DNA of 62,848 bases, counting the filler, from Octopus bimaculoides (taxonomy: Eukaryota): assembly GCF_001194135.2 (NCBI RefSeq). It is 4 parts of 4 records of this genome, joined end to end, with 100 filler letters (N's around TTAATTAATTAA, not from the genome) between each part and the next. Parts side by side here need not be neighbours in the genome. Positions count along the whole stretch, not along the records: positions 61,484 to 62,848 come from NC_068994.1; 3 more parts are not named here. One strand, 5' to 3'. Below the pieces are notes generated by a model that was not told the DNA's origin, searched no databases, and saw only the letters and a list, made by a program, of their open reading frames with translations. Position 1 is the first letter of the stretch; each line of letters begins with the position of its first letter. A program made the translations under genes and the position numbers. Shown piece by piece: positions 62,130 through 62,848 of this stretch.

Positions 62130-62445
62130 CCTTAAACCTTTTTTTAGGCTTATGCCAGTAGCGTTTCCCCTCTGCAAGCTCACCATAAAACAGCTGTTTC
62201 AGCATGCGTTCATCTGCCATTCGACAATATGGCCACACCATCTCAATTGGCTCCTCAAAATCATAGCTTTAATTGAGGGGATGCCTGCAGATGTAAGGAT
62301 ATCTGTGCTTGGAGTAAAAGAATTCCATTTAATTTTTAAAATATGACAAAGGCATGTTTGGTGGAATTGTTCTAACAGTTTAAAATGCCTTTCATAACAA
62401 GTCCAAGTTTCACAGGAATACAATAGGGATGGTAAGACAAATGAT
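62130..62445 (-). mobile_element. RTE-clade LINE ORF fragment
   Basis: LYSCETWTCYERHFKLLEQFHQTCLCHILKIKW...QLRWCGHIV, frameshift, RMADERMLKQLFYGELAEGKR..KPKKRFKD. Confidence 0.85.
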
Positions 62446-62848
62446 TAATAAAGAGCCAGCTTTGTATTGTTATTTATATGTCACTGGCGCCAGATGTGTG
62501 ATTCCAAGCCACCAAATGCTTTTGCTGCCCTTTGAATTCGCAGGTGTATTTCCGTATCAAAATTTCCATAATCTTGAACAGATATATATATATATATATA
62601 TATGTGTGAGAAAGTTGGTATGTGAAAGCACGTGGTTGGATGTATAAAAGATAATAAGAGTGAAAAAACTACAGAAGGCTTGTGTTACATGGTTAAAGTA
62701 TATATTTAAATTATGTCAGAAAAATGTAAGAAAAATGTTAGAAAAATGTTATAAAATCTTTTTGGTATATAAACATTGTATTTTGAGAAATAACCGGTTT
62801 CGTGTTGTCTTTTCAAATTTCTCTACTTCATTGTGTCGTGTTCGTTCC

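Overview
This is AT-rich, microsatellite-dense animal genomic DNA. Its SINE/LINE families, microsatellite load and assembly style point to an octopod cephalopod, probably Octopus (inferred, not confirmed). Two protein-coding genes lie tail to tail. (1) On the + strand, 680-11238, are 12 visible exons of the 3' part of a myotubularin phosphoinositide 3-phosphatase (MTM1/MTMR1/MTMR2 class) with an intact HCSDGWDRT active site; one expected exon is probably hidden in the N-gap at 938-1451. (2) On the - strand is an unrecognised three-coding-exon gene (20848-20125, 17973-17936, 17615-17460) encoding a 305-aa protein with no signal peptide and about 31% His+Cys. It has about 12 CHGHGH-type repeats, five exact heptads, CSP(CGP)11-CPCPCP, a PKRKRTK micro-exon and a second Cys/His cluster. 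The ORF track shows only its first coding exon, and it is the best candidate for an undescribed system here. The rest (22-62.8 kb) is mostly nested, decayed transposons: several tRNA-type SINE families, RTE and Tx1/L1-like LINE fragments, and hAT, piggyBac-like, mariner, maT-like and ISL2EU-like DNA elements. A CpG-retaining domain at about 33-44 kb carries orphan splice signals that may mark a further, unresolved transcription unit.
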